64,000 nt of DNA. It comes from Macrostomum lignano. Lineage: Eukaryota. The notes beneath the pieces are model-generated. The model was not told where the DNA came from and did not search any database. It saw nothing but the letters and a program-made list of their open reading frames with translations. Below are positions 1 to 22,934 of this stretch, in pieces (the first letter of the stretch is position 1; the number at the start of each line of letters is the position of its first letter). The stretch covers positions 124,001 to 188,000 of the forward strand of contig NIVC01000230.1 in assembly GCA_002269645.1 (NCBI GenBank), written 5' to 3'. A program made the position numbers and the translations under genes.

Positions 1-80
1 GTATTGGCGCGCTTGAATGTGCTTAGCTACTGTAGGATTCAGCGGAATGGGCAGATCTTTATGGACGCTGAAAGTTGTAC

Positions 81-200
81 ACTAAGACACTTGGAGAAAC
101 TAAGACACTTGGACACTAAGACACTTGGACACTAAGACACTTGGAGAAACTAAGACACTTGGACACTAACACACTTGGACACTAAGACACTTAGATACTA
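81..200. repeat. Short tandem array, ~16-bp unit (agacacttggacacta and variants)
   Basis: Repeated 'gacacttgga' units are directly visible. Confidence 0.85.
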
Positions 201-1379
201 AGAAAAAAATTAATTTTTTTCAAAGCCTCACTTTTCTATCCAAATATTTACCTTCAAGCGTCCATGGCTTTACAGTTCCCTGATTGGGGAAGGGGCGCCT
301 CGTTTACCTCGGCAACAAGAATTCAACGCCCATCTACTTGTACAATAATTCTACCCGAGCAACCCCGCCTTCTCAATTCCCAAAATTAGAGTCTTCATAT
401 AGCCAGTCAACTCCCAAAAGCCTTGTCTGACGCCATGTGCGGCCTCCTCCATCCTCATGGTTGCTTATTAAGGAAACATAGATGGAAGGAGCTTTAGAAG
501 GAATTGGAGAGAGTCGGAGTGCCTGGGTGTCTGCTTGTCTACAACACTCCAGCTGTCACTCTTCGCGTAATCCCTCTTCCTTCCCCAATTCTACTGCAGT
601 AGCCACCGAGTCACTTCCACTTCCCCAACAAATTGACCGATAATCTAGAAAGCCTTCTAATTCTTACCTAACCGGTTCTTAATACCGCGGGAAGCATGCA
701 CGCGGGAAGGAAATCAACCATATATGGCTTACTACTGAGGCAATGACTACCCGCAGGTGAAGAGTGGGATGGAATGATATAAAACTACACACTTGGTAGT
801 ACAATCAACGATGAGTCATCGACAGTTCAAGTCTATCCCGCAACTCGTGTAGCACCTTGCTTGGGGAGGGCGTTTACGGATTGCACTCGTTGACCTCGAT
901 GCAAGCTCCACATTTTATTTAGAGCTAGTATAATTTTTTGTTAAGCTAAGTTGCAAAGGGGGGGCATTTTACCAGCTCATTTTACAAGCTCACAAGCAAC
1001 ATTTTACAAGAAACACAAATCCACGCAAAAATAGGCTTCAATGGACGGCGGAATGAACATGATTGCGGCCTTGAAAAGTCATCTACAAAATTGAAGCATC
1101 ATTTAGAAGCAATTTTAGCCAATTCTGCGAAAGCCGCATGTGCAAAAATGATTTCGCTGATTGATTGGTGTTTAAACGGTAGAGCTTTTTGGGAATTGTG
1201 TATCGTGGTAGTAGCTAAGGCTTCTTGAGTAATGAGGTGGCGTGGGTGCTTGAAGTTTTCTGGGTCAGTGGTCGACACCGCGATCTTGCTGCAATTAGTA
1301 TGCAAACTCTAAGACAATTCGGTCCGTCCGGGAACGAACCATTGTGACCCTCTCGGTCATCGCCACCTCCAAGTGAATA

Positions 1380-1561
1380 TCGGCAGTGAGGAACGCTCAT
1401 TCTGCTTCTCCAGTGTTGAGAACGCGGAGCACTTCATCTGGGACTGCCCCACTATTACTCGTGTGAAGGTCTTTTTTCTTTTGCTTTGCTTTGAACGCAA
1501 AATTAATCAATTAAATTTTTCAGGGCAGCATTGCAAGACTTCACCCATCGGCTGCAGCTAA
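1380..1561 (+). mobile_element. Possible highly decayed 3' fragment of a non-LTR retrotransposon (zinc-binding motif)
   Basis: ORF 1373-1561 contains 'SFCFSSVENAEHFIWDCP', resembling the C-terminal CxxC...ExxxHxxxxC motif of LINE ORF2. The first Cys is missing and no RT motifs were recognised nearby. Confidence 0.3.
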
Positions 1562-2630
1562 CTCCCACACACCTTTACTATATACTATAATAGTTTCGCA
1601 GTCATTCAATTCCTTCTCGTTGGGCTTCGTGTAGGATTCTTGCACCTGCTCACAAAGGACGTTGCAATTCCCATCCATTGGTGTGCGACTGCAATCAAAT
1701 AATTTTCAAAGTGTTATGATTCACCCATATTTGGTAGGATCTGGAAATCTGTTTGCAAGATACTATATCCAGGGAGAAAATCTGCTAAGGGCAATATTTT
1801 TGCTATAGCTTTGTGATAATTGGTATTAAAGGTCTGGAGCTTAAGGAGAGTACTTATAAGTAGGACGATGGGAAACTATACATGTAGGTTTCTTGAAAAA
1901 TTTTAGGAGATGTAGCTGTTCTTCCAAAAATGCATTACACTGTAGATACGGTTTTCATTTTTTTCATTACAAAAATTGTTATTGCTTTTAATTTGAGACA
2001 GAGACCCAATGTTCATCTTTTGATTTGTTTTGCCTTTCCTGTAGCTCTGTTGATACAGTGTGTATTCATAGAGATTCCCGTTTCCAAAATTAGGATTGTA
2101 TGTTAATTTTACACATGCGTACAATCGTACACGTCCTAATGCCTAAAAACCATAAAATAGCACGGCTTGGCTCGGCTCACATAAAGCCAATGAGAGTGGA
2201 GCTGTGCCATTAATTTTTATGATTTTCACGTACGTCTGTATATAATTACGTAGGTTATTAGGCACAATTGCGTAAGGATATAAAATTAACATGGAATTAT
2301 ACTAATATACGAAAGCTATATATGAATAGCGAGCTATGAACCTACGAGTACTTGAGTACGTACGTGTAGTCCTTGGTCAGGTCTGGAGATTCAGGCGGAG
2401 AAGGTGTGTAGCGGCAGGATTAAAGGATTGGAAAACTTATGATGGGCGTGCAACAAAATGAATATGGTTGCAGCGATTTCTCTTCAAAACAAAATTCTCA
2501 AATAAGGACGAGATTTGCAGCATGCTCGATCTGTGAAAAATTGTTTTTACGTAATAAAAACTCGAAAGCGGTCTTCGAAAGAAAACCGGCCGCCCGCGGG
2601 CGACGCTGAAGACGCGTTTGAGCGCCTTCA

Positions 2631-4380
2631 TACTAGATTAGCGGCAGTTGGCCGCTGTCGACGACGGCGTCAGTTTTATCATTGCAGCCGGTCCCGACGT
2701 GTGGACGGCCGTCCGGACTCTGACGAGGCGCAAAAAGCGCGTGGCGCTGAACCTGGCCGGCGACGACCCGGAGGAGCGCCGAAATGAATTGCGCGACTTC
2801 TTCGCCGGCATCGTGAACGCGCCCGCGTCGCCGCTGCTTGGTTTTACACTCCACCGGACTCGCCGCTCCCAGCTGAGGAGGACTTCTGCACCAGACCAGT
2901 CACCACGGAGGACGTTGTGCTGTTCGCTCGGAAAACATCAGGCAGCAAGGCGCTCGGCCCCGACGAAGTTCCGGTCGAAGCGCTGCGGGTTCCGCTGTGT
3001 GGCCTCCCAGGTGCTCGCCGGCGCCTCTGCGCGCCCACCGAGTGGACCGTCGCGCATATTGTGCCGATCCCGAAGAAGGTAGGGACAACGCAGAAAGAAG
3101 ACCACCGCGATATCTCGCTGATGTCCTGCACCGCGAAGCTCTTCAACCGGCTGCTGCTCGATCGTCTGCAGTCGGTGCTGGACCCGTACCTGCGGTACGA
3201 GCAGAACGGATTCCGGCCCCAACGCGGTACAGTGACAGATCCTCGCACTCCACCGGGCCATCAACGCGCATCCGCCAGTATACGCTGATCATTGTCTTCG
3301 TTGATTTTCGAAAGGCGTTTGACTCGGTGCTGAGAGCCGCGCTTCCCTTCGTCCTTCGAGCCTACCGGGTCCCGCAGCTAATCGACGCTGTCATGGCGCT
3401 GTATTGCGACACCCGAGCTGCTGTGGTGACGGCGGACGGCCTGTCTGACCTGTTCGACACTTCCTCAGGAGTTCTGCAGGGCGACACGCTAGCGCCGTTC
3501 CTCTTCGTGCTGCTGCTGGACTAGGTGCTTCAGACCGCACTCCCTTCAGCTGACGACGGCTTTCTGCTGCGCAGACACATCGGTCGCCGTCACGGCGAAA
3601 AGCGCCTGAGCGTGCTTGGCTACGCCAACGACCTTGCCCTCCTGTCCTCGTCCGTCCAGCCCAGCGCCAGCGCCAGATCGACAGTCTGGTCGAGGTAGCA
3701 TTGAGCGTCAACACGCTGAAGACCGAGATGCTGACTGTGTGCTGGCCGACATCCCAGCGGACCTGACGTGCAGACGGGCAGACGACCAAGCTCGGTGTTA
3801 CCTCGATTACGCTGCTCGGCGATCTGGTACCTCACGTGGAGGAATACCTCCGGCGGCGCAGATGACTTGCCTGGGTGGCCTTCCGGCCGTTCTCCAGTCC
3901 GAAGAGCTGCCCGACCGCCAGAGGGCTCTCGGCTGTGGCTAGCGGTGGTCGAGACCGTCCTGCACGCCGAGACGTGGACGCTGACCGCGGTTACGCTGGA
4001 GTGGCAGCTGGGCTCGGCGCACTCAGGGCTGCTCCGTGCGGTCTTTCGAGCTGACGAGAGCGCGTCGGGACCGCGAGGCCCTGTACGATCGGGCCTAAGC
4101 TGCAGCGCCCGTCCATCATCCAGCTGTGCCGCGGCGGCGTATTCAACTGGCGGGCCACGTGATTCGGACCGAAAGCTACTGCCCCAACCTGTTCAGGACC
4201 TCCTGCTGCTTACCTTGCAGTGTCCAATATGGCAGGGTCAGACCCAAACCCGTCGACACTACATGTACGTGCATGGACAGCTAGCCGATCTCCTACACGA
4301 CGCCCGACACTACCAACATCGCGGACTTCGTCCGCTCTAAGGCTCTGCTGCGCGAAATGCATCTGACGAACCTTGATTTG
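2631..4380 (+). mobile_element. Degenerate 5'-truncated non-LTR retrotransposon (RTE-like reverse transcriptase)
   Basis: RT motifs are spread over several frames: KALGPDEVP; W..AHIVPIPKK; RDISLMSCTAKLFNRLL; EQNGFRP; FVDFRKAFDSV; GVLQGDTLAPFLF; LGYAND (a degenerate YADD). Frameshifts and stops are present. Boundaries are approximate and no TSD was found. Confidence 0.9.
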
Positions 4381-4966
4381 TGACTTGGCTGCGTAATTTG
4401 TTGTTTGTTACACTCCCCCGGCCGTGAGGAACTCGATCATATCCGGAGCTCCCATTCGCACCTCTAGTTTTGTTTAAATAGACTGCCGGAAGTTAGCACC
4501 TATTTACACAGCAAAACAACTCCAATGTTCCCCCGTCCTCACTCATATCATCCCTCAAACAGGAGATTATATATTAGCCGGAAAAGCGTTGGCAAAAAAT
4601 AAATTAAATAGGCTTTATTATTATGAAAACATTATTACAATTACGCTTCAGGAATTGCAAAGATATATATAGTAATATTTTGTAAAATATTTTACAGAGA
4701 GTACTTTAAATTTGTTATAAGTGCAAAAAGTATTTAACTGACCTCGAGCTTCTTTTAAATCAATTTGAGGACAACTTCGAAGGTCCTTCGAGAAGCTACT
4801 GTGCTATTAAACGAAAGCAGAAACTCGCATAATTGTCACTTTATAAATACACCAATACACTACCTAATTACCGATTATTTATTGCAAAACTTACTGTCAA
4901 CTTATTGGAGACAGTCATTCTGGTAGCTAAACTCTCCTTAAACAATCACAATCGCTATATTTGATA

Positions 4967-14156
<9,190 letters not shown>

Positions 14157-14529
14157 AGCATTGAGTCGCTCGATCGTGTTCCTCTATGACTTAAAATATC
14201 TATTGACCTGTGTGTGTGCTCAGTGAGTGCTCAGTCTGATTTAATTCATACGCATGCTGAGCACTTTCTCGAGGCTCAGGCTGAACTCGCAAGTTTCTTT
14301 TGCTGGCTTTTCTGTTATTTTTTATTACCTTCTGCCTGCCCGCACACACTAAAGATTTTGAGCTGGGTTTTTTTTTAGTTTCAGGAAACTTTAACTATTT
14401 CTTTAAGTATCTTTGAGTGTTTGTTAACCAGATAAAAAGCGACGTAAGAACCACTCTCTGTATAATTCTTTATAATTCCCGAGAAATTCTAGTTTTAAAG
14501 AGCAGCAGAAGTACTTAAAGTATAATTTT

Positions 14530-16480
14530 AAACACCCCGTTAAACCAATCTGGGAAATTGTCGTTAAACATCCCGATAAACCAATCGGAGAAACCTACCT
14601 TAAACATCCCCGATAAACCGATCGGAGAAACCTACCTTAAACATCCCCGATAAACCAATCGGAGAAACCTACCTTAAACATCCCCGATAAACCAATCGGA
14701 GAAGTCTACCTTAAACATCCCCGATAAACCGATCGGAGAAACCTACCTTAAACATCCCCGATAAACCAATCGGAGAAACCTACCTTAAACATCCCCGATA
14801 AACCAATCGGAGAAACCTACCTTAAACATCCCCGATAAACCAATCGGAGAAGTCTACCTTAAACATCCCCGATAAACCAATCGGAGAAACCTACCTTAAC
14901 ATCCCCGATAAACCAATCGGAGAAGTCTACCTTAAACATCCCCGATAAACCGATCGGAGAAACCTACCTTAAACATCCCCGATAAACCAATCGGAGAAAT
15001 CAACCTTAAACATACCCGATAAACCAATCGGAGAAACCTACCTTAAACATCCCCGATAAACCAATCGGAGAAATCAACCTTAAACATACCCGATAAACCA
15101 ATCGGAGAAACCTACCTTAAACATCCCCGATAAACCAATCGGAGAAATCAACCTTAAACATACCCGATAAACCAATCGGAGAAATCTACCTTAAACATAC
15201 CCGATAAACCAATCGGAGAAATCAACCTTAAACATCCCGATAAACCAATCGGAGAAACCTACCTTAAACATCCCCGATAAACCAATCGGAGAAATCTACC
15301 TTAAACATACCCGATAAACCAATCGGAGAAATCAACCTTAAACATCCCCGATAAACCAATCGGAGAAACCTACCTTAAACATCCCCGATAAACCAATCGG
15401 AGAAACCTACCTTAAACATCCCCGATAAACCAATCGGAGAAATCTACCTTAAACATACCCGATAAACCAATCGGAGAAATCAACCTTAAACATCCCCGAT
15501 AAACCAATCGGAGAAACCTACCTTAAACATCCCCGATAAACCAATCGGAGAAACCTACCTTAAACATCCCGATAAACCAATCGGAGAAACCTACCTTAAA
15601 CATCCCCGATAAACCAATCGGAGAAGTCTACCTTAAACATCCCCGATAAACCAATCGGAGAAACCTACCTTAAACATCCCCGATAAACCAATCGGAGAAG
15701 TCTACCTTAAACATCCCCGATAAACCGATCGGAGAAACCTACCTTAAACATCCCCGATAAACCAATCGGAGAAATCAACCTTAAACATACCCGATAAACC
15801 AATCGGAGAAACCTACCTTAAACATCCCCGATAAACCAATCGGAGAAATCAACCTTAAACATACCCGATAAACCAATCGGAGAAACCTACCTTAAACATC
15901 CCCGATAAACCAATCGGAGAAATCAACCTTAAACATACCCGATAAACCAATCGGAGAAATCTACCTTAAACATACCCGATAAACCAATCGGAGAAATCAA
16001 CCTTAAACATCCCCGATAAACCAATCGGAGAAACCTACCTTAAACATCCCGATAAACCAATCGGAGAAATCTACCTTAAACATACCCGATAAACCAATCG
16101 GAGAAATCAACCTTAAACATCCCGATAAACCAATCGGAGAAACCTACCTTAAACATCCCGATAAACCAATCGGAGAAACCTACCTTAAACATCCCCGATA
16201 AACCAATCGGAGAAATCTACCTTAAACATACCCGATAAACCAATCGGAGAAATCAACCTTAAACATCCCCGATAAACCAATCGGAGAAACCTACCTTAAA
16301 CATCCCCGATAAACCAATCGGAGAAACCTACCTTAAACATCCCCGATAAACCAATCGGAGAAACCTACCTTAAACATCCCCGATAAGCCAATCGGAGAAA
16401 CCTACCTTAAACATCCCCGATAAACCAATCAGAGAAATCTACCTTAAACCTTCCCGATAAGCCAATCGGAGAAACATCCC
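14530..16480. repeat. 39-40-bp satellite array (ttaaacatccccgataaaccaatcggagaaacctacc) downstream of PSMC5
   Basis: About 1.9 kb of head-to-tail units with a few recurring variants and no spacers. Confidence 0.96.
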
Positions 16481-17340
16481 AATCCCCATAAACCAGCTGC
16501 TCAAGTTAGTATTCAACAATCGGTAATACGGTTTTTGCGCCGCTCCATTCTGTTTTATTTCGCTTACTAATTTCTTGTCCCCGCGTTGTGTCGGTTTTGC
16601 TCCTATAAATAATTATTAATTTGTCATCGTTTTCTCCAAGCATCCGGGGCCTTATACTGTATTCAATACTTGTTTCGTAGACTCCATCATTAGTTTAGGA
16701 TGGTTAGTTGAGGGAACTGAAAATACAGGAGCGAGTGAAAGTTTAAATTAAACAATTTAATAGACTCTAAAGTATTTATCTTCTGTCAATTTTGGTTGTG
16801 CCTGAGTGTTATCTTTGTTAATATTTGAGGCATGAAGTATACCCAGCGGCACAAATGCATTGAAACCCCAAATCCTGCATATTATATATTCAGTTTGTCT
16901 GATTTTATAACTTTCAGAAACCTGCATAGCTGGCAGAAATGCTCATATGAAAAACTAAATCTAATCCTCTGTGTTGCCACTTGCTTGATAAATATAAAAA
17001 AATTGAAAATCGTTAAAACTAACACATTTTCACAATAATAAACACCCAGCACAATGTGAACAATTTGCGTGAATGAAAATGTATTAATAAATAATAAAAT
17101 AAAACAAAAATTAACTTTGTAAAACAGTTTCATTTTGGTGACTAAACAGGCAGTTTATATATAGCTTTGCAAACTTTCATTGCGTCAATTTTTACTGTAT
17201 TGATACCAGGGTATGTTTTCAACGAAAATGATATTTAATAATTAAAAATCCTCTAAGAATTCAAAAATGGCCTCAAAAGTGCAATGAGCATTGTATCAAT
17301 CAAGAGTGCAATGTGAATCGCTTCGATCAAAATTGCAATA

Positions 17341-18639
17341 CGAGGGTCAGTCAAAAAGTAATGATAATTTTGTTGTACCGCCTAAAATATCAGAGTTATT
17401 GAACTGCAACTGGTTTCATTTGAAAAAACATCTTTTGATCTTTATTTGACAGAGTTTTGGTTCTTCTAAAGTGATTGATGCTTGCATGGTGACACTCTAA
17501 TCACAGTATATCCTTTAAGCAATGGAAAATTCAAAAATCGAAGCTCATACTAACGTGAAATTTCTTGTATAGCTTGGTTGGAAGCCAGCCGAAATCATTG
17601 ACGCTTTGAAGAAGGTCTATGGGGACATTGCTCCACTAGATCCAACCATTTACTGCTGGATTCAGGCTTTTAAGGAAGGCCGAGAGTCCACGGAAGACGC
17701 CCAGCGGTCGGGAAGGCCCACAACATCGCGCACAGGGGAAAATGTGGTAGCTGTGCAGCCAGTGATTGAGCTGGATCGGCACGTGACCATAGACAATATT
17801 GCTGAAAAAGTGGGCATTGCTCATGGCAGTGCTCACTCCATTGTGATGGACTATCTTGGTCTGAGCAAGCTGAGTGCTTGCTGGGTCCCGCGGCTGTTGC
17901 GGCCTGAACACTGGGTTCAATGCACTGAGTGCGCCATCAACCTGCTGAACCGCTTGGACGCTGGTTCAGAAAACAGTTACCAGCGCTTAGTGACCGGGGA
18001 TGAAACATGAATATTTCAATACAATCCCGAGTCCAAGGTCCAATCCAAGGAGTGGCTGCCACGAGATTCAGCAGGCCCCAAGAAGTTCCATTCGGAATGG
18101 TCTGCAGCGAAGGTCTTGGCGACAATTCTCTGGGATGTTGAGGGAGTGGTGACGGTGGACTTCTTGGAAAGCCAGAAGACCATCAATGCCACCTATTATG
18201 AGTCGCTTCTGTAAAAGCTCCGCACCGAACTGGCCAAAAAGCAACCTGGCAAGTTGCACCTTGGGATTCTCTTTCACCACGACAAAGCACCAGCTCACAC
18301 TTCTCGGCTCTGCCATGAAGCCCTGCGAGATTTCTGCTGGGAAATCCTCCAGCATCTTCCATATAGCCCTGGTTTGGCTCTTTCGGACTTTTTTTGCTTC
18401 CCAAGCTGAAGGAAGCAATCAAAGGAGTCCAAGATGAGGACAAAGAGGCTGCCAAAAAGGCTACTGTACAGTGGCTTGCATCACAGCCTCCTGAGTTCTA
18501 CGCAAACGGCCTGGAGAGATGGCGACACTGCATGGAGAAGTGCCTGACCCTGGAGGGGGACTATGTTGAAAAGTAGATTTCCATTTAAAGTTTGAGACTC
18601 GTGAGAACAAAATTATCATTACTTTTTGACTGACCCTCG
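17341..18639 (+). mobile_element. Full-length (1299 bp) inactive mariner DNA transposon (DD34D type)
   Basis: Perfect 34-bp TIRs cgagggtcagtcaaaaagtaatgataattttgtt; TA TSDs at 17339-17340 and 18640-18641. Transposase remnants run from ATG 17522 to 18576: HTH region, WVPR, VTGDET, HHDKAPAH and YSPGLALSD (degenerate YSPDLAPSD), with several stops and a frameshift. Confidence 0.96.
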
Positions 18640-18659
18640 TAAGAACTACATCGAAAGTA

Positions 18660-18930
18660 CTTTCAAAAGTGCAATAAGAATCGCATAAAAAGTGCACTAA
18701 GCATCGCATCAAAGTGCAATAAGAATCGCATCAAAAGTGCAATAAGATTCGCATCAAAATTACAATAAGATTCGCATCAAAATTACAATAAGATTCGCAT
18801 CAAAATTACAATAAGATTCGCATCAAAAGTGCAATAAGAATCGCATCAAAATTACAATAAGATTCGCATCAAAAGTGCAATAAGAATCGCATCAATAGTG
18901 CAATGTGAATCGCATCAAAAGTGCAATAGG
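18660..18930. repeat. ~23-bp tandem array (aaaagtgcaataagaatcgcatc); related units also at ~17275-17340
   Basis: Units flank the mariner on both sides. Confidence 0.85.
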
Positions 18931-19559
18931 ATTTATTTATATCATTTATGAATTTTTGCATAATGTAATTAAACGATCTCAAAAGTGCAAGCAATTATAT
19001 CATTGCCTCAACAGCGCATTCAGAATCAACTCAAATCTTGGCCTGAGAATCACCTGAAAGCTTTCGATCCTAAAAAGATGTACTTTAATAATTTTACATG
19101 TAAACGAACAGCCTTATACAATAATTAGAAAGCGAAAAAGAGATTCCTGATTTAAGATTTACATGTTCTCGATTCAACTTGCCGAGAAACCGGTGTTGCT
19201 CATAGACAAAAATTCAATGGAAACACGTAAGACTTCGTTAATTGTCTTTTAGTTATTGAATAATTTGAAGGATTAAAGATTGGCACTGCCGAATGCAACG
19301 AGGCGGCTTTACAACTTTTTTTAGTTTTCAGTTACTGATTTCACGGATTTCTGATCGTATTAAACACCTAGTTTAATATATACAACTTTTCTTTTCGTCT
19401 GGACAGAATTCTTGACTTCGAGAATTTGAATCGATCAGCCGTTGATCGATCGATTTATTTATCCATCTGATTTGTGATTTGCAATAAATTGAAATCTCAG
19501 CTCTGAATGGCGCAAGCAAGGTGAGCTTAGGAACAGTTCTCTAATGGCGCTTTTTGATG

Positions 19560-21240
19560 ATCCCACAGTCTCAGATCTAATATAGGATCTGATCCCATAA
19601 TAAGATCCGATCCCACAGACTCTGATCCCCTAATGGAATCCGATCCCACAGTCTCTGATCCCATAATGGAATCCGATCCTACAGTCCCTGATCCCATAAT
19701 GGGATCCGATCCTACAGTCTCTGATCCCCTAATGGAATCCGATCCCACAGTCCCTGATCCCATAATAGGATCCGATCCCACAGTCCCTGATCCCATAATG
19801 GAATCCGATCCTACAGTCCCTGATCCCATAATGGGATCCGATCCTACAGTCTCTGATCCCCTAATGGAATCCGATCCCACAGTCCCTGATCCCATAATAG
19901 GATCCGATCCCACAGTCCCTGATCCCATAATGGAATCCGATCCTACAGTCCCTGATCCCATAATGGAATCCGATCCTACAGTCTCTGATCCCCTAATGGA
20001 ATCCGATCCCACAGTCCCTGATCCCATAATGGGATCCGATCCTACAGTCCCTGATCCCATAATGGAATCCGATCCCACAGTCCCTGATCCCCTAATAGGA
20101 TTCGATCCCGAAGTCCCTGATCCCCTAATAGGATCCGATCCCACAGTCCCTGATCCCCTAATAGGATTCGATCCCGAAGTCCCTGGTCCCCTAATAGGAT
20201 CCGATCCCACAGTCCCTGATCCCCTAATAGGATTCGATCCCGAAGTCCCTGATCCCCTAATGGAATCCGATCCTACAGTCTCTGATCCCATAATGGGATC
20301 CGATCCCACAGTCCCTGATCCCATAATGGAATCCGATCCCACAGTCCCTGATCCCCTAATGGAATCCGATCCCACAGTCCCTGATCCCCTAATAGGATTC
20401 GATCCCGAAGTCCCTGATCCCCTAATGGAATCCGATCCTACAGTCTCTGATCCCATAATGGGATCCGATCCCACAGTCCCTGATCCCATAATGGAATCCG
20501 ATCCCACAGTCCCTGATCCCCTAATAGGATCCGATCCCCCAGTCCCTGATCCCTTAATGGAATCCGATCCTACAGTCCCTGATCCCCTAATGGAATCCGA
20601 TCCCACAGTCCCTGATCCCATAATGGAATCCGATCCCACAGTCCCTGATCCCCTAATGGAATCCGATCCTACAGTCCCTGATTCCCTAATAGGATCCGAT
20701 CCTACAGTCCCTGATCCCCTAATAGGATCCGATCCCACAGTCCCTGATCCCCTAATGGAATCCGATCCTACAGTCCCTGATCCCCTAATAGGATCCGATC
20801 CCACAGTCCCTGATCCCCTAATGGAATCCGATCCTGCAGTCCCTGATCCCCTAATAGGATCCGATCCCCCAGTCCCTGATCCCATAATGGAATCCGATCC
20901 CACAGTCCCTGATCCCCTAATAGGATCCGATCCCACAGTCCCTGATCCCCTAATAGGATCTGATCCCACAGTCCCTGATCCCCTAATAGGATTCGATCCC
21001 GAAGTCCCTGGTCCCCTAGTAGGATCCGATCCTACAGTCCCTGATCCCCTAATGGAATCCGATCCTACAGTCCCTGATCCCCTAATAGGATCCGATCCCA
21101 CAGTCCCTGATCCTCTAATGGAATCCGATCCCACAGTCCCTGATCCCCTAATAGGATCCGATCCCACAGTCCCTGATCCCCTAATGGAATCCGATCCCAC
21201 AGTCCCTGATCCCCTAATAGGATTCGATCCCGAAATCCCT
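19560..21240. repeat. 30-bp minisatellite rich in GATC (ggatccgatcccacagtccctgatcccctaata-like), with long ORFs on both strands
   Basis: Strict 30-bp period; ORFs 19633-21450 (+) and 19527-21311 (-) are decapeptide repeats. Confidence 0.95.
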
Positions 21241-21711
21241 GATTTAATGTTTGTTGCGCACCTTTTCAAACAAGAATCAAGTCGCCAAGGCCCCCCGAAC
21301 TGTCGAGACATAAAAAATTCTGCCAGAAGGTCGGATTTTTCCTATTTAAGCGCTGCAAGTATATTAATTCAATGCACTGCGCCTCATTGCTGCCTTTCCA
21401 AGCCTCCAATTTTCATCAGCACACCAAAGACATGTCTGCATCAGCTCTGACAGCGTTGGTCACTGGCCTTCACCCAGACGGAGCTTCTGGACCTTCAACA
21501 GGTGGCTCCAGATGACCAGAGATGGAAATCCTGTTGCGAATTTTTTCAGTTTCTCTGATGAAGCTTCAAACTTCAAGTTTCACCGGCGACTTGATGCAAG
21601 TGTTTGCGAAGGTGCACAACAAAAAGTTTGCCAACGTGTTCTTGAATTCCTTAAATGTCACAGTCTAGGCCGGTCCTCCCTCTTGGGTAATGCGACAGCC
21701 GGAAATGGCTT

Positions 21712-22316
<605 letters not shown>

Positions 22317-22393
22317 TCAGCCAGCAAGACCAGCCCCACAAAGAGGAGCCCGAGTGGCCGCCCTATCCGCAAATCGAGTGCCCGCCGTGCGCC

Positions 22394-22915
22394 ATGCGCG
22401 GCTCCGAGCTGCTTGTCTCCGGCGTCAGTTCCGCTCCAAATCCTGCCGAGAAGAAGCAACGGAAGCAGAAGCAGCCGCGAGCAAAATCGAAAAAAGCCGT
22501 TCGATCGAATCGAGCCAGCGAGTTGCGCAAGCAGCAGCATCGCCAAGAAGCCGAATATCCCGACGGTCTGCAGGCTCAGCAGCAGCATCGCCAAGAAGTC
22601 GAATATCCCGACGGTCTGCAGGCTCAGCAGCAGCATCGCCAAGAAGCCGAATATCCTGACGGTCTGCAGGCTCAGCAGCAGCATCGCCAAGAAGCCGAAT
22701 ATCCCGACGGTCTGCAGGCTCAGCAGCAACAGCAGCCGTCGCCGCACCTGCGGCGCCTCTATAAAGGCCGCGGTCCGTCCGCCGTCTTCCTCGGGTCCAA
22801 CAGCGACAGCGACAGCGACAGCGACACGGACAGCGACTCCGGCGCTCTGCCCGATCTGCATCTGAAAATGATTGAACCATACAGGAGCTCCACTGGCCTG
22901 CCCAGGACGTCCGCG
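22394..22915 (+). other. Coding-like ORF segment of unknown affiliation with four 48-bp (16-aa) repeats and an SD tract
   Basis: GC-rich ORF; QQHRQEAEYPDGLQAQ x4 at ~22532-22723; NSDSDSDSDTDSDS; possible donor GTGCGT at 22916. Confidence 0.35.
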
Positions 22916-22934
22916 GTGCGTGTTCGCTGTGGCA

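Noticed and set aside
14530-16480. CRISPR-like array of ~39-bp palindromic repeats
   Set aside because: Units are head-to-tail with no unique spacers, there are no cas genes, and the context is eukaryotic.
21250-21711. Possible coding fragment flanking the LINE insertion
   Set aside because: There is no long frame even after removing the LINE, and no recognisable motif.
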